Shown here piece after piece: positions 27,697-44,400 of a stretch of DNA of 50,023 nucleotides. The DNA is from Reclinomonas americana ATCC 50394 (taxonomy: Eukaryota). The translations under genes were made by a program, and so were the position numbers. The stretch lies in contig PS015043.1 in assembly GCA_048213135.1 (NCBI GenBank), forward strand, positions 102,135 to 152,157, given 5' to 3'. Every line of letters begins with the position of its first letter. Position 1 is the stretch's first letter. A model generated the notes under the pieces. It was not told where the DNA came from and searched no databases. It saw only the letters and a program-made list of their open reading frames with translations.

Positions 27697-28996
27697 ATGT
27701 CATCGTCTTCGTTGTTGTTATTGTGTTCTCTTCTTGTTGTTGTGATTGCTGTTGTTGTTGCGCTGCTGTTGTTGCTGCTGCTGTCTCCTCCAGCATCCAT
27801 GTCTTCTTGTTCTTGTTCTTCTGATACCCTCATACTCCACCTTTCCGTCTCCCTCCACTCCTGCCCTCATTCGACCTCGCAGAGATACCGCGTCCTCGAT
27901 GTGTCACCCATTGAGCGGTATCGCACACTGGAGACTGTCGACATATCCCACAACTGCATCAGTGATATCACGTGAGTATCGCCACAGAGTCTCCAAACCT
28001 TCCATCCGTTTCTCACGCGTCGCCGTGCAGCCCACTGACGGTTCTCCTGAAATTGAAAGTGCTGGTGGCTAGCAACAACTTTATTCGCGACATCTGGGCG
28101 CTGTTCTCACTCCCCGAGCTGACCTATGTGCGTGGTCCGGTGTGGGCGACACGTGATCTCTAGCTGCCTTGCTGACTCCAATGCCAATACAGTTGGATGT
28201 CTCTCACAACTCTCTTCGTGTGCTGGTCGGTCGTGTGTGCCCTCCCAGTTTGTCGACACTCATTCTCAGGTGAGTACGTGCACGCACGCCTCCCATAACT
28301 CACCACTGATCTCCAACGGACTGCTGCACGCAGCCACAATACCATCCACTGCATCGATATTGCTGAGTTTCCGGCGCTCACGCATGTCGACTTGAGGTGC
28401 GCTCACTCGCTCTCTTCCCCCCTCCCTCTCCTTTCCCGTGAGATCTTACCCAAACTTCATCTGCAGCGACAACATCATGCTCAGTCTCGGTGCCATTGAT
28501 GGTACGTTCGTCTGCACGAACAACACTAACTCCTCGTGCCACTCACCGCGTCATGTTCGCAGCCCCCAAACTCAAGCGACTGAACTTGGTGCGTGTGCAC
28601 TCAAGTGTGCATCTCTTTTCTGGTCTGACTTTTGTGCAATGAGCAGGCACACAACGCAATCGGCGACCTGATTGGTCTTGAACGATTCAAGTCGCTGGAG
28701 GAGTTGCTGTTGAGCGAGAACCTGTTTGAGAGTTTGTCACCGTTTGCCGACGCCGGATTGGAGTTTCTGCAAATACTGGACCTCACGTTGCGTCTCCGCT
28801 GTGCTGTCCATGTGTATCTCGCAACTGACTGGTGACTGCATGCAGGTACACGCCGGTGGAGGCCACGGAGGAGGTCGGCAAGTTGCGCGAGTGGTGCCCG
28901 AACATTCGTGTGGTGCGGGCGGAATACAAGGTGAGGGCCACCACAATACATCTTTAGCTTCCAAGTCTTTCACCCTTTTGCGTCGCACAGATATGA
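25363..28996 (+). CDS. TerD-domain + leucine-rich-repeat fusion protein, ~27 exons
   Basis: Spliced: IFGAG|WDVDGDVDLDASACT|LTKEGDVVETI|WFRQLKSVVGALIH|TGDNRTG|DGEGDDEQIL|IDLDK|...LFVLNS|FEGISFEK|IDSAYVRL (TerD signatures), then LRRs (LETVDISHNCISDI, LKVLVASNNFIRDI, LDVSHNSL, LKRLNLAHNAI, LEELLLSENLF). Confidence 0.85.
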
Positions 28997-29105
28997 GCTG
29001 TGAATGAACCATTGCAAAACAAAAACAGCGATCCATTATTTCAAAACAATCCTCTAAAACAGTAGTACACCTAACTCTCTTTTTCTAATCCTATCTCTCT
29101 AGTCT

Positions 29106-30720
29106 CTACACTTGAGCTGCCGCATTGCCGAGCACATTCTGGCGGCCTGCTGCAGCCGGCGGCATTCTCACGCTGTTGCCCACCGCTGTGCTGGAGCAGC
29201 ACCCAAACAGCGACCACGATCGCGGCTTGCTCGCCCTGCTGGCGGTCGATGAACTGCTGCTGCACTTCTTCGCAGCGTTTCCCTTCACCTTTGCTTCCAC
29301 CGCCGGTTCCGGCCGCGGTTCTGGTTCTGGGAACTCAATCACCTCCGAGCCGATCGAGTCCACCTGCAGGTGCTGCGGAATGTCCATCACCGCCGCTGGC
29401 GTACTGCAGCGGGAGGACGCCGTCGCCTCCGCATTCGGCGGCACCATCATCGGCGTGGCACTTCTTGACACAATAGGAGTCGCACTTCTCGACGAGGCGG
29501 GAGTGGAGCCGCGAGAGGCACCGATCAACTCGGCGATGGGTGTGGAGGTGCGCGGTGCGGGAGTGGAGGCCTCGGGGAGTGGCGTGGAACTCCGCGTGGC
29601 GGTACGGTTGTTCTTGGCCGCTGCTGGCGGTGGCGGTGGCGCCACTTCCACCTCGTTCAACTCGCACACGCGCATTGTGCCGTCGAGCATGCCGCACAAC
29701 AGCTGATTTGGACGGACAAACACCAGCGCCGTGACGACGCTGCTCTGCGGCCACGTGCACGAATAGACCACGTCTGCGTTGTCGTCGATGCTGCGCACCA
29801 CAGCACCGTCTTCGCTGTCATCGGCGTTCGCCACGTCGGGCGTCACGTACTGCCGAATGCACACGTTGGCATCTGGTTTTGTGGAGGGTGAGAACGTCGC
29901 GAAACACTGGCACAAGAATTCTCGGCCGAAGACTGGGCTCACCATACGCTCCCGTCAGCACGTATTCCCTTGTGGCGCCGGAGAAGCACGCAATAGTGTT
30001 GACGCGTTTGGCGTGACTACGGAAAGAGCCGAGCTCGGCGCCGCTGAGCAGCGAGCGCAGATGGATGGTGCCCTCTTCGGTGCCGGCCATCAGCGTGTCG
30101 CCGTCGGCTGCCAGTGCCACCGTCAGCACCGGCGACAGCGAGGCCGTCTGCATGCAGCGCACGCACTCCAGCGTGTCCAGGCTCCACAGCCGCACCGTTG
30201 TGTCACGCGATCCGCTAATCACCAGGCGATGGGCGCCGGCGGTGGTCAGCGCGACCACCGGCCCGGTGTGCCCAACCATGCGCGACATGAGCTCGCCGTC
30301 GGCCGCATACCACGCACACACGGTGCAGTCGTCGGAGCTGCTGAACAAGGTCTCCACCATGCCGCCGACACACCCCACCGCCAGCGCACACGTGCTGTCT
30401 GCATGCGCAAACGCACTGTACCACATCAGCTCGCCACTATCTGTGCGCCACTTGCGCACAATGCCCTTGTCGTCGCCGCCAAACACCGCATCGCCACGTG
30501 CCGTCGTCGCCGTGCACGTCATGGCACACGGGTACTCGCTCACATAAAAGCCGAGGGTGGCGCGCGTCGCGAGATCCACCGCACGCAAAGAGCCGTCTCC
30601 ACAGGCGATCACCGCGGCATTCTTGATCTTGTTCACCGAAATGGCGCGCACATCCGACAAGCAGTTGACGGCAAACAGCGGCGACAATCGCGTCTCTGTC
30701 TTCACAGGCGCGTCGGTCAT
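29106..30720 (-). CDS. WD40-repeat protein with S/T/P-rich tail (2 exons)
   Basis: GHTGPVVAL...ISGSRDTTVRLWSL, FSSSDDCTVCAW, FGGDDKGIVRKW; one intron near 29875-29943. Confidence 0.88.
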
Positions 30721-30865
30721 CGAGAAGGGGAGAGGAAGGGGTTGTGTCTTTTCTCCTCACTGGTGATGCAATCAAAACAGGTGATTAGACTACAGGGAAA
30801 CGGAAAAACGGGAAACCGACTTGGGAGTCTACAGTAATCACAATAACAAACAAGCAACAGCCGGG

Positions 30866-31586
30866 ATGTTGACCAGGCGCGTGTTGTGTTGCTTTGACAA
30901 ATTCAAGGGCACTCTGACGGCCTCTGAGGCGTGTGAGGTAGGGTGAGAAAGTGGCTTTTTGTGAGGGATGAGGGGCTCTTTTCTCATGATTTTCTTGTGC
31001 AGATTGTCGGGAGTGCATTGACGAAGCAGTGGGTGAGTGCGTGCTCTCTCTCTCTCTCTCACACAGGCACTCGAGGCACAGAATGCACAGAGTGCACTCA
31101 AGGCACAGAATGCACTCATTCAATTTCTCAATCAGTGCATTCTCACTCTGTGTCACTCGCAGTCTTCATGCTTCNNNNNNNNNNNNNNNNNNNNNNNNNN
31201 NNNNNNNNNNNNNNNNNNNNNNNNNNNNNNNNNNNNNNNNNNNNNNNNNNNNNNNNNNNNNNNNNNNNNNNNNNNNNNNNNNNNNNNNNNNNNNNNNNNN
31301 NNNNNNNNNNNNNNNNNNNNNNNNNNNNNNNNNNNNNNNNNNNNNNNNNNNNNNNNNNNNNNNNNNNNNNNNNNNNNNNNNCATCGTTCACGACAATTGA
31401 CACTCCTGAAGACCTCTCTTCTCTAAGGTTAAAAAAACAGTGTGTACATGCTTGAGCGCATTCTGTGCGTGTGCCTACACGTGCGGATGTGCGAGAGAAA
31501 CAGAGAGTTGAAAGAAAGGACAGGGAGGAGAAATAGAGACCGAGAATGCATCTGTACTTTGATTGAGTGGATTCTGTGCACATGTG

Positions 31587-31627
<41 letters not shown>

Positions 31628-34201
31628 GTGTGTGTAAGAGAGAGTGTGAGTGTGAGAGTGGAGANNNNNNNNNNNNNNNNNNNNNNNNNNNNNNNNNNNN
31701 NNNNNNNNNNNNNNNNNNNNNNNNNNNNNNNNNNNNNNNNNNNNNNNNNNNNNNNNNNNNNNNNNNNNNNNNNNNNNNNNNNNNNNNNNNNNNNNNNNNN
31801 NNNNNNNNNNNNNNNNNNNNNNNNNNNNNNNNNNNNNNNNNNNNNNNNNNNNNNNNNNNNNNNNNNNNNNNNNNNNNNNNNNNNNNNNNNNNNNNNNNNN
31901 NNNNNNNNNNNNNNNNNNNNNNNNNNNNNNNNNNNNNNNNNNNNNNNNNNNNNNNNNNNNNNNNNNNNNNNNNNNNNNNNNNNNNNNNNNNNNNNNNNNN
32001 NNNNNNNNNNNNNNNNNNNNNNNNNNNNNNNNNNNNNNNNNNNNNNNNNNNNNNNNNNNNNNNNNNNNNNNNNNNNNNNNNNNNNNNNNNNNNNNNNNNN
32101 NNNNNNNNNNNNNNNNNNNNNNNNNNNNNNNNNNNNNNNNTTCTTCTCTTCTTCTCTCTCCCCTCCCCTCCTCTCTCTCTCTCTCTCCATCTCTTTCTCT
32201 GACTCTCTCTCTCTCTCTCGCTCTCTGTCTGTCTGTCTGTCTGGAGTCTGCATGTCTCTCTCCCTCCCCCTCCCCCCTTCCCCTTCCCCGCTCTTCCCCT
32301 CCCCCTCTTCCCCCTTCACCCCTCCCTCTCCCCACCTTCCACCTCCACTTGCACCTCCTCCAGCCGCATCGGCGCACTCAAAACATGCAGAAATCCCTCG
32401 CCGCCATCACTCAGCGGCAGACTCCGGCATGAAACATTCATCGACGATCCCTGAGAAGGAGAAGGAAGGAAGCAGAAAGCAATGCAATCAGTGAGTGATA
32501 AGAGAGAGGCGAGGCAGAGGTCAGCGTTCACGACAAGTGACACGCCTGAGGAAGACCTCTCTTCTCTCAAAGTTGTGCGCATACTGTGCGTGAGTGAATG
32601 CAGTGAACAAGCGTGAGGAATGAGAGAGAAGAGAAGGCGAGGCAGAAGNNNNNNNNNNNNNNNNNNNNNNNNNNNNNNNNNNNNNNNNNNNNNNNNNNNN
32701 NNNNNNNNNNNNNNNNNNNNNNNNNNNNNNNNNNNNNNNNNNNNNNNNNNNNNNNNNNNNNNNNNNNNNNNNNNNNNNNNNNNNNNNNNNNNNNNNNNNN
32801 NNNNNNNNNNNNNNNNNNNNNNNNNNNGAGAGAGAGGAGGGGGGAGAGATAGAAAGAGAAAGAGAAAGCCAGGCAGGCAGGCAAAAGACATTCACAGATA
32901 CAAAGAGACACGCATGCAGCTCGTTCTCTCTCTCTCTCTCTCTCTCACCATCTCTTGCTGGTCGTCATTCTTCGCCCCCTCTCCCCCTACCAGACCCACT
33001 CGGGCGACCCCATCGCACTGCGTACGGCGTCTGCACCGAGCGACAGACGGCGGTAATTGAGAGCGCACTCGCGTGTGGCCTGCAGCTGCTGGCCGCCGAC
33101 GAGCGAAATCCGTTGAGGACGAGCACAGCGGGTGTGGGCATGCTGGTGGATCATGCCATTCGTGTGTCCAAGTGCACCAAGGTTAACGAAAGACGCGTCG
33201 CATCTCGGTGTTGCATGGCGGGCGCTGACTTGTGGTCACAATCGCACAGATTCTCATGGGCATTGGCGGCTCGGCGACGAATGATGGTCTGCTTCTCCTT
33301 ATCACCGATGAGCATTTCTTTGCTTGTCTACTGACTTTATTCTCGGTACACAGCTGGGTTTGGCGCACTGCAGCGACTGGGGCTGCAAGTGGAGGGCGTC
33401 GACGATGGCACGCCGTCGCGGCTGTGCGGTTCTCACCTGCGGCACATCACGGCCTTGCATGTGGAGGAGCTCGCCCGGCGGCTGCAGGGAGTGAGCATTG
33501 ATATTGCGTGCGATGTGACGAATCCGTTCACCGGGCCACATGGAGCCGTGGCGGTGCGTGATGGAGAGCTTCGGTGTCCCTTTGATTTGGCGGCAGCTGA
33601 ACATTTCGCAAGCAGGTGTTTTCGCCGCAGAAGGGCGCAACCACGGAGGCAATGCGCGCGGAGCTGGAGACGGGCATGCTCAATGTGCAATCGCTGATTC
33701 AGGAGCGCACCGGCATCGACCTGTCGCAGGTGGCCGGTGCTGGGGCCGCTGGTGGCATTGGTGGTGGATTTCACTCGCTTTGTGGTGCGCAGCTGAAGAA
33801 GGTGTGCTTGCCGCAGAAGAAATCTCGTTTGCTCTCTTCGCTTCCTGAATCTCTCTCTGCGTGTGCAGGGTTCGCTGATCATGGCCGAGGCCCTCGAGCT
33901 GGAAAAGCACATCTCCGAGAGCGACCTGGTCATCACTGGCGAGGGTTCGTACGACGCGCAGACCGCCGACGGCAAGGTCGTCTCGATGGTGGCCGAGCTG
34001 TGCCAGCGCTACCGCAAGCCGCTGGTCATTCTGTGCGGCCGCAGCGAGGTCGCGGTGTCGACCGAGAGTAGTTGCTGCTGCTGTTGGGATCTTGTTTCGC
34101 TTGTGGGAGTCGATGCGGCGCTGCGCAGTCCGCACGAGTCGCTGAGGGCGTTGGTGGAGGCCAAGGCGGGGGAGATGCGGCAGTTGATGGAGCGGGATTA
34201 G
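30866..34201 (+). CDS. glxK: Glycerate kinase, class I (bacterial GlxK/GarK type), multi-exon
   Basis: VLCCFDKFKGTLTASEA, AVIESALACGL, NPLRTSTAGVG, ILMGIGGSATNDAG, IACDVTNPFTGPHGAVAVFSPQKGA, GAGAAGGIG, DLVITGEGSYDAQTADGKV. Confidence 0.92.
32336..32450 (-). CDS. glxK: Internal glycerate kinase exon on an apparently inverted contig
   Basis: ag|GSSMNVSCRSLPLSDGGEGFLHVLSAPMRLEEVQVEVE|gt contains the conserved PxxDGGEG motif; splice phases fit the flanking plus-strand exons. Confidence 0.88.
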
Positions 34202-34609
34202 GAGGAAGAAGGGCGGAGAGGAGAGGAAAGGTAACGGTGTTGTGGTCGTGGAGGCGAAGGTGGTTGATCGAGCGTAACGGAGAGACATGGGAAGGAGATG
34301 CGTCGGTTGATGGAACGTGACTGAGAGGCGCGAGCAACTATGCTGTTCGTGGATGGACTGTTGACGCAGTGACGACACGGATCTCTTGCTGCGGAAACTG
34401 TGCTTTAGTCACGGATCGCGTAATGGACGCGCAGGGCGACGCCGTGGCGGGCATATTCAGCTGGCGCACGCTTCTTTCGTGTGTGTGGCTACTGGAGCAC
34501 GGCAACATGGTAACATCGTGGATCACTGACCGCTTGCGACGACAGCATCGTGATGGTGCAACCCTCGTAGAAGTCTCGAGAGAAACGTGCGCGTTCTCTT
34601 TCGCTCTAT

Positions 34610-35715
34610 TCTACGCAGGTCGACATGCAGATCATCAGGCAGCTATGTTGCTATGTGGATTATGTAAAAACTTGTTGTTTTTGTTGGGCCGAGTCAGCAT
34701 GCAGCCCTCGCAGAAATCAGCATACGTGGACTCGTACGTGGAGCTCTTCCAGCTTCTCATGCGGCCTCCGGTGGTGGTCGACCCGATCACCGAGCGCAAG
34801 TTTGCAGTGCCACTGGCGCGCGTGGAGTTTGTCATTGAGCAGCTGCAGACGGGTGAGCAGAATCGACGCGAGGGCAACTATCGTGGCTTCTTCGAGGCCA
34901 TGCAGGAGCTGGCCGAGTACTTTGAGGTGGAGGGCGACATGGAGATGGCGGAGAAGTACCTCAAGCGTGGGTGCGATCTGGCGCACGACTCGGGCGAGAT
35001 GCAGCTGGAGGGCGAGGCGGTGGAGAGTCTGGGCATGCTCTTTGAGCGCATTGGAAAGGTGGGGAGCGTGTCGTGCGCCTGAAGGGGGGAATCGTGGGGA
35101 GGAGCGACTGACTGAGAGCGTCTGCAGCCTACGTCGGCACTGGAGGCGTACGAGTTGCTGCACTTCAACGCAGATCGACATGGAGATCATCAGGCAGCTG
35201 TGTTACTTGTTGTTCTTGTTGTTGGGTCGATAAGCGACCCCGAATAGCAAACTGTACATGTGCAACATGCATCTGCACTTCGACGTCGTACGGGTTCTCT
35301 TTCACTCTGTCAACGCATGTCGACATGCACATCATCATGTCGCTGTTTGGATTACTGAACTTCTTCTTCTCCTTCTTCTTGTGGTTGTTGCTGGGCCGAT
35401 AAGCAGCATGCAGCCCTCGCAGAGATCAGCATCCAGCTGCACTTCGACGTCGTTCGCGTTTTTCTTTCGTCCTTTTCAGCGCAGGTTGACATGGCAATCA
35501 TCTTGCAGGTGTGTTGCAGCTTGGATAACTTGCTGTTCTTGTTGTTGGGTCGATAAGCGACCCAGATTAACAAACTGTACATGTGCACAAGCATCGCAGC
35601 GATCGATATCTGCACCGCGACGTCGTACGGGTTCTCTTTCACTCTGTAAACGCAGATCGACATGCAGATCATCGTGTCGCTGTTTGGATTATTGCCTTCT
35701 TCTTGAGTCGACAAG
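34610..35715 (+). repeat. Degenerate tandem repeat array (~5 copies of core CGCAGxTCGACATGxAGATCATC...TTGTTGGGxCGATAAGC)
   Basis: Core recurs near 34613, 35170, 35315, 35480 and 35651; a related copy lies at ~17277-17340. Confidence 0.8.
34724..35200 (+). pseudogene. Two-exon fragment of a TTC29-like TPR gene embedded in the repeat array
   Basis: YVDSYVELFQLL...QLQTGEQNRREGNYRGFFEAMQELAEYFEVEGD...EGEAVESLGMLFERIGK|PTSALEAYELLHF resembles the N-terminal half of ciliary TTC29 (from memory of the family); intron 35059-35127; no native start or C-terminal exons seen. Confidence 0.6.
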
Positions 35716-35818
35716 CAAGCACCTCTTTGGTTGACAATCAATGCGTCCTGCAAGACAACTCATTGTCTTCTTCGTTGTTTCTTGGTGCGTTGTGTAAAGA
35801 GGCGACTCGTCAAGTGGA

Positions 35819-41243
<5,425 letters not shown>

Positions 41244-41489
41244 AAGCACCGCGTGTGTGCGTGCGGCTAATTCTGTCACATGGGAGTACATTTTGGGGGG
41301 TGTTGTGGGGGGAGAGAGAACAGGGTGCGACGCCGCAACCGAAACGCAGCCGGTCAGCACTCGCTCTCCAGCCACATTGCATACAAAAATTTCGACCGCC
41401 ACACACACACAGTGAGGCGGGGTCAGGAATAACAGACAAACATTTTCTACACAGCCACACTTCTTACTGGAGGAGATCGAGGTGCGCGC

Positions 41490-44400
41490 TCATGAGGCCG
41501 ATCCATCGCTTCCCACCAACTGCGCATCGTGCGGACACACGACAGCCGCCGGGTCAACGCACACCGTCACCGCCGCCGCCGCCGCCGCTGCCGCCGCTGC
41601 GTCTTCCGTCGCTGCCACAGGAGCAGAAGGAGGGGCGACATTGGGAGGCGACGACAGGGAGTCGCCAATGAGTGCACTGCTGCCGTCGTCGTCCGACGCC
41701 GATGGTGAGGATAGGGCGGAGACGGTTGGCGTTGGTGCCGCACTGCTGTCGCCACCATTCGAGGCGGCGACGGCTGCGAGGGCTGCCGCCTTTTGGCGCC
41801 GCCGAATCAGCTCTTTTTCGTATTGTTGCAGTTCGCGAACAAAGCCGGGGTTCTGGAGGGGGAGGAGATGAGAACGAAGGAGAAGGCAAGAGATGAAGGA
41901 AAGGAGAATGGAAGGAGAAGGGGGAGAGTAAGGAGAAGGGGAGAGAGGGAGAGCGGGAGGGAGAGATATGAAGAAGGGAGATGAGACGGGTAAGGCAGTG
42001 GGCGAGGAAAAGGAAGAGAGAGACAGAAAGAGAGATGATGAGAACTCAAGTACACGGGNNNNNNNNNNNNNNNNNNNNNNNNNNNNNNNNNNNNNNNNNN
42101 NNNNNNNNNNNNNAAATGAGGTGCACAAGGCAGGAACAGACGAAGAGCGAGAGAAGAAAGACGGACAGATGAGAAGCACTCCAACATACACGAAAACGAC
42201 CAGCAAAAGAAGGAAAACATGAACGACAGATGGAGCGATTGCGAAAGTGAAAGCGAGCCCGACACACACAAGAGTGAGACATCGAGCGAGAAACAAACGC
42301 GGACAAATGGTGCGCACGGTTGGAATAGTGAGATAGAGAGAGAGAGAGAGCTGCGGTGAACTCCGACACATGGATCGAGCTGCACAAGGAATAGAGAGAG
42401 AGAATGACAGCGAAGTGAAAGAGAACTTGTCACACAAAAGAGTGAGCCAGCAAGCGATGAACAAAATGGACAACGGGTGCGTGTGGACGGATCACAGAGT
42501 GCAAGTGAAGGAAAATCGTGAATTGCAGAATGCGATGAAGGAGGGAGAGAGAAAGAGAGATAAGAAGAACTCGACTAGAAAGAACGAGCGAGATAAGAAA
42601 GGAACAGACGAAAAGAGAGGGAGTGAGTGACAGGGACAGAGAAAGCGAGACCGACACAACTACAAGTAAGAAACAATCACGTACAACTGTTGGGTGTGAA
42701 CAGAAGAGAGACAGAGAGACAGGGATTGAGAGAGAAGAGACGACGGACACAGAAACCAGATTAATAACATAAGTGAGCAAGGAGAAAAGTAGAGTATAAC
42801 GATGACTGGAAGTGACACTGCTGACAAGAATCACGGTCGCCACTCGTCAATCACACTTCCTCCCCTCTCTCTATCTCTCCCTGTTTCCCCCACCTCTCTC
42901 TCTTTCCCCGTCTCCCTCATTTCCTTTCCCCTTCCCCTTCCTTCCCCTTCTCCCTCTTCCCTGCCCCCCGGCTCACCAGTTGCACAATATCCCGCTTCGA
43001 CTTGACAAACGTGGTGGCNNNNNNNNNNNNNNNNNNNNGAGGTCCAACGGCAACTCCATATCGCGCATGAGGCTGGCGACGACCACGGCCGCCGACCTCG
43101 ACATGCCCATGAAACAGTGCACCAGCACTCGCCCATTGACCGCGCGCGCCTCGTGAATAAAGGCCAGCGCCTCGTCGAGGAACTCCACAATCGGCTGGTC
43201 CTCCACATCGCGCCACTTGAAGTGCAGGTAACGGAAGGTGTTGGGGTAGTAGTTGTGGCACTCCTTGGCGCAGTTGAGCACGTGCGTGACGCGGTTCTCC
43301 GTCAGCAAGTCTCTCCCGACGGCGTTCTGCGCCGAGCCGAGGAACAGATGCGGCAGAATCTCCGACGGCGAGTCGCAACGTATTTGCCGCGACAGCGTGG
43401 CAAACACACGGCCGTGGGCCACGCCCAGGCGCTCCTTCAGCACCGGCACTTGCGGCGGCATGTCGGCCTCGCCGTCGTCGCCCGCATGCACGCAGCACCA
43501 CTCGGGGAACAGCTCCGCAAAGTCCTCGAAGGGACCTGGGACGACATAAATGAGGGGGAGGTGACATAGGAGAAGAGGGAGACGAAAATATGACACACCC
43601 TCCATGATCCTGACCGAGGCGGCACCGGGGCCACTCAAAAACGCATGCAGCGCCATCAACTGCCCGTCGTCCGTCTCCGCCGAGTGGCACAGGAAAATCG
43701 GCAGCAAATGTGCTTGCTTCATGAAGAGCCGGTCGGCAAACGAGGCACCCGATGCCGAGGCCAGGGCGCGCTCGAGGTCGGCCGCCGAGGTGTAGGTGGC
43801 CGCCGCGGAGAGGCACTCGGATGGCATGTGGACGGCGGTGGCGATGCGCCGCCGCCGGTGCTCGACGGCGCTGCGGCAGTCGACGATCAACAGGTCGCAC
43901 GGGTTGTGGGTGAGCGAGGCCACAAGCTGTAAGAAGGGGAAGGGTGAGGCGAAGGAGAAGGGGGAGGAAAAGGAGAAGGGGGAGGTAAAGGAGAAGGAGG
44001 GGAGGCCAAGGAGAAGGAGGGGAGGCAAAGGAGGGGGAGAAGAAGGAGGGTGAGGCAAAGGAGAAGGCGGAGGCAAAGGAGAAAGGAAAGAAGGAGGAGG
44101 AAGAGAGAGAGAGAGAGAAAGTGACAAAGGAAAACCAAGGAGGGTGAGGAGAACATTAGAAGGACAGAGGTGAGAATGCGTGCAAGTGCAAGCGAGCGAG
44201 AGAGGATGTGAAGAACAAGAGTGTGAATGCGTGCGAGTGCGAGTGAGAGAGAAAGTGACAAAGGCAAACCAAGGAGGGTGAGCAGAACAATAAAAGGACA
44301 GAAAGTGAGAGTGAGAATGCGTATAAGTGCGAGCGAGCGAGAGGAAACCAAGGAAGGTGAGCAGAACAATAAAAAGGCAGAGAGTGAGAATGCGTGCAAG

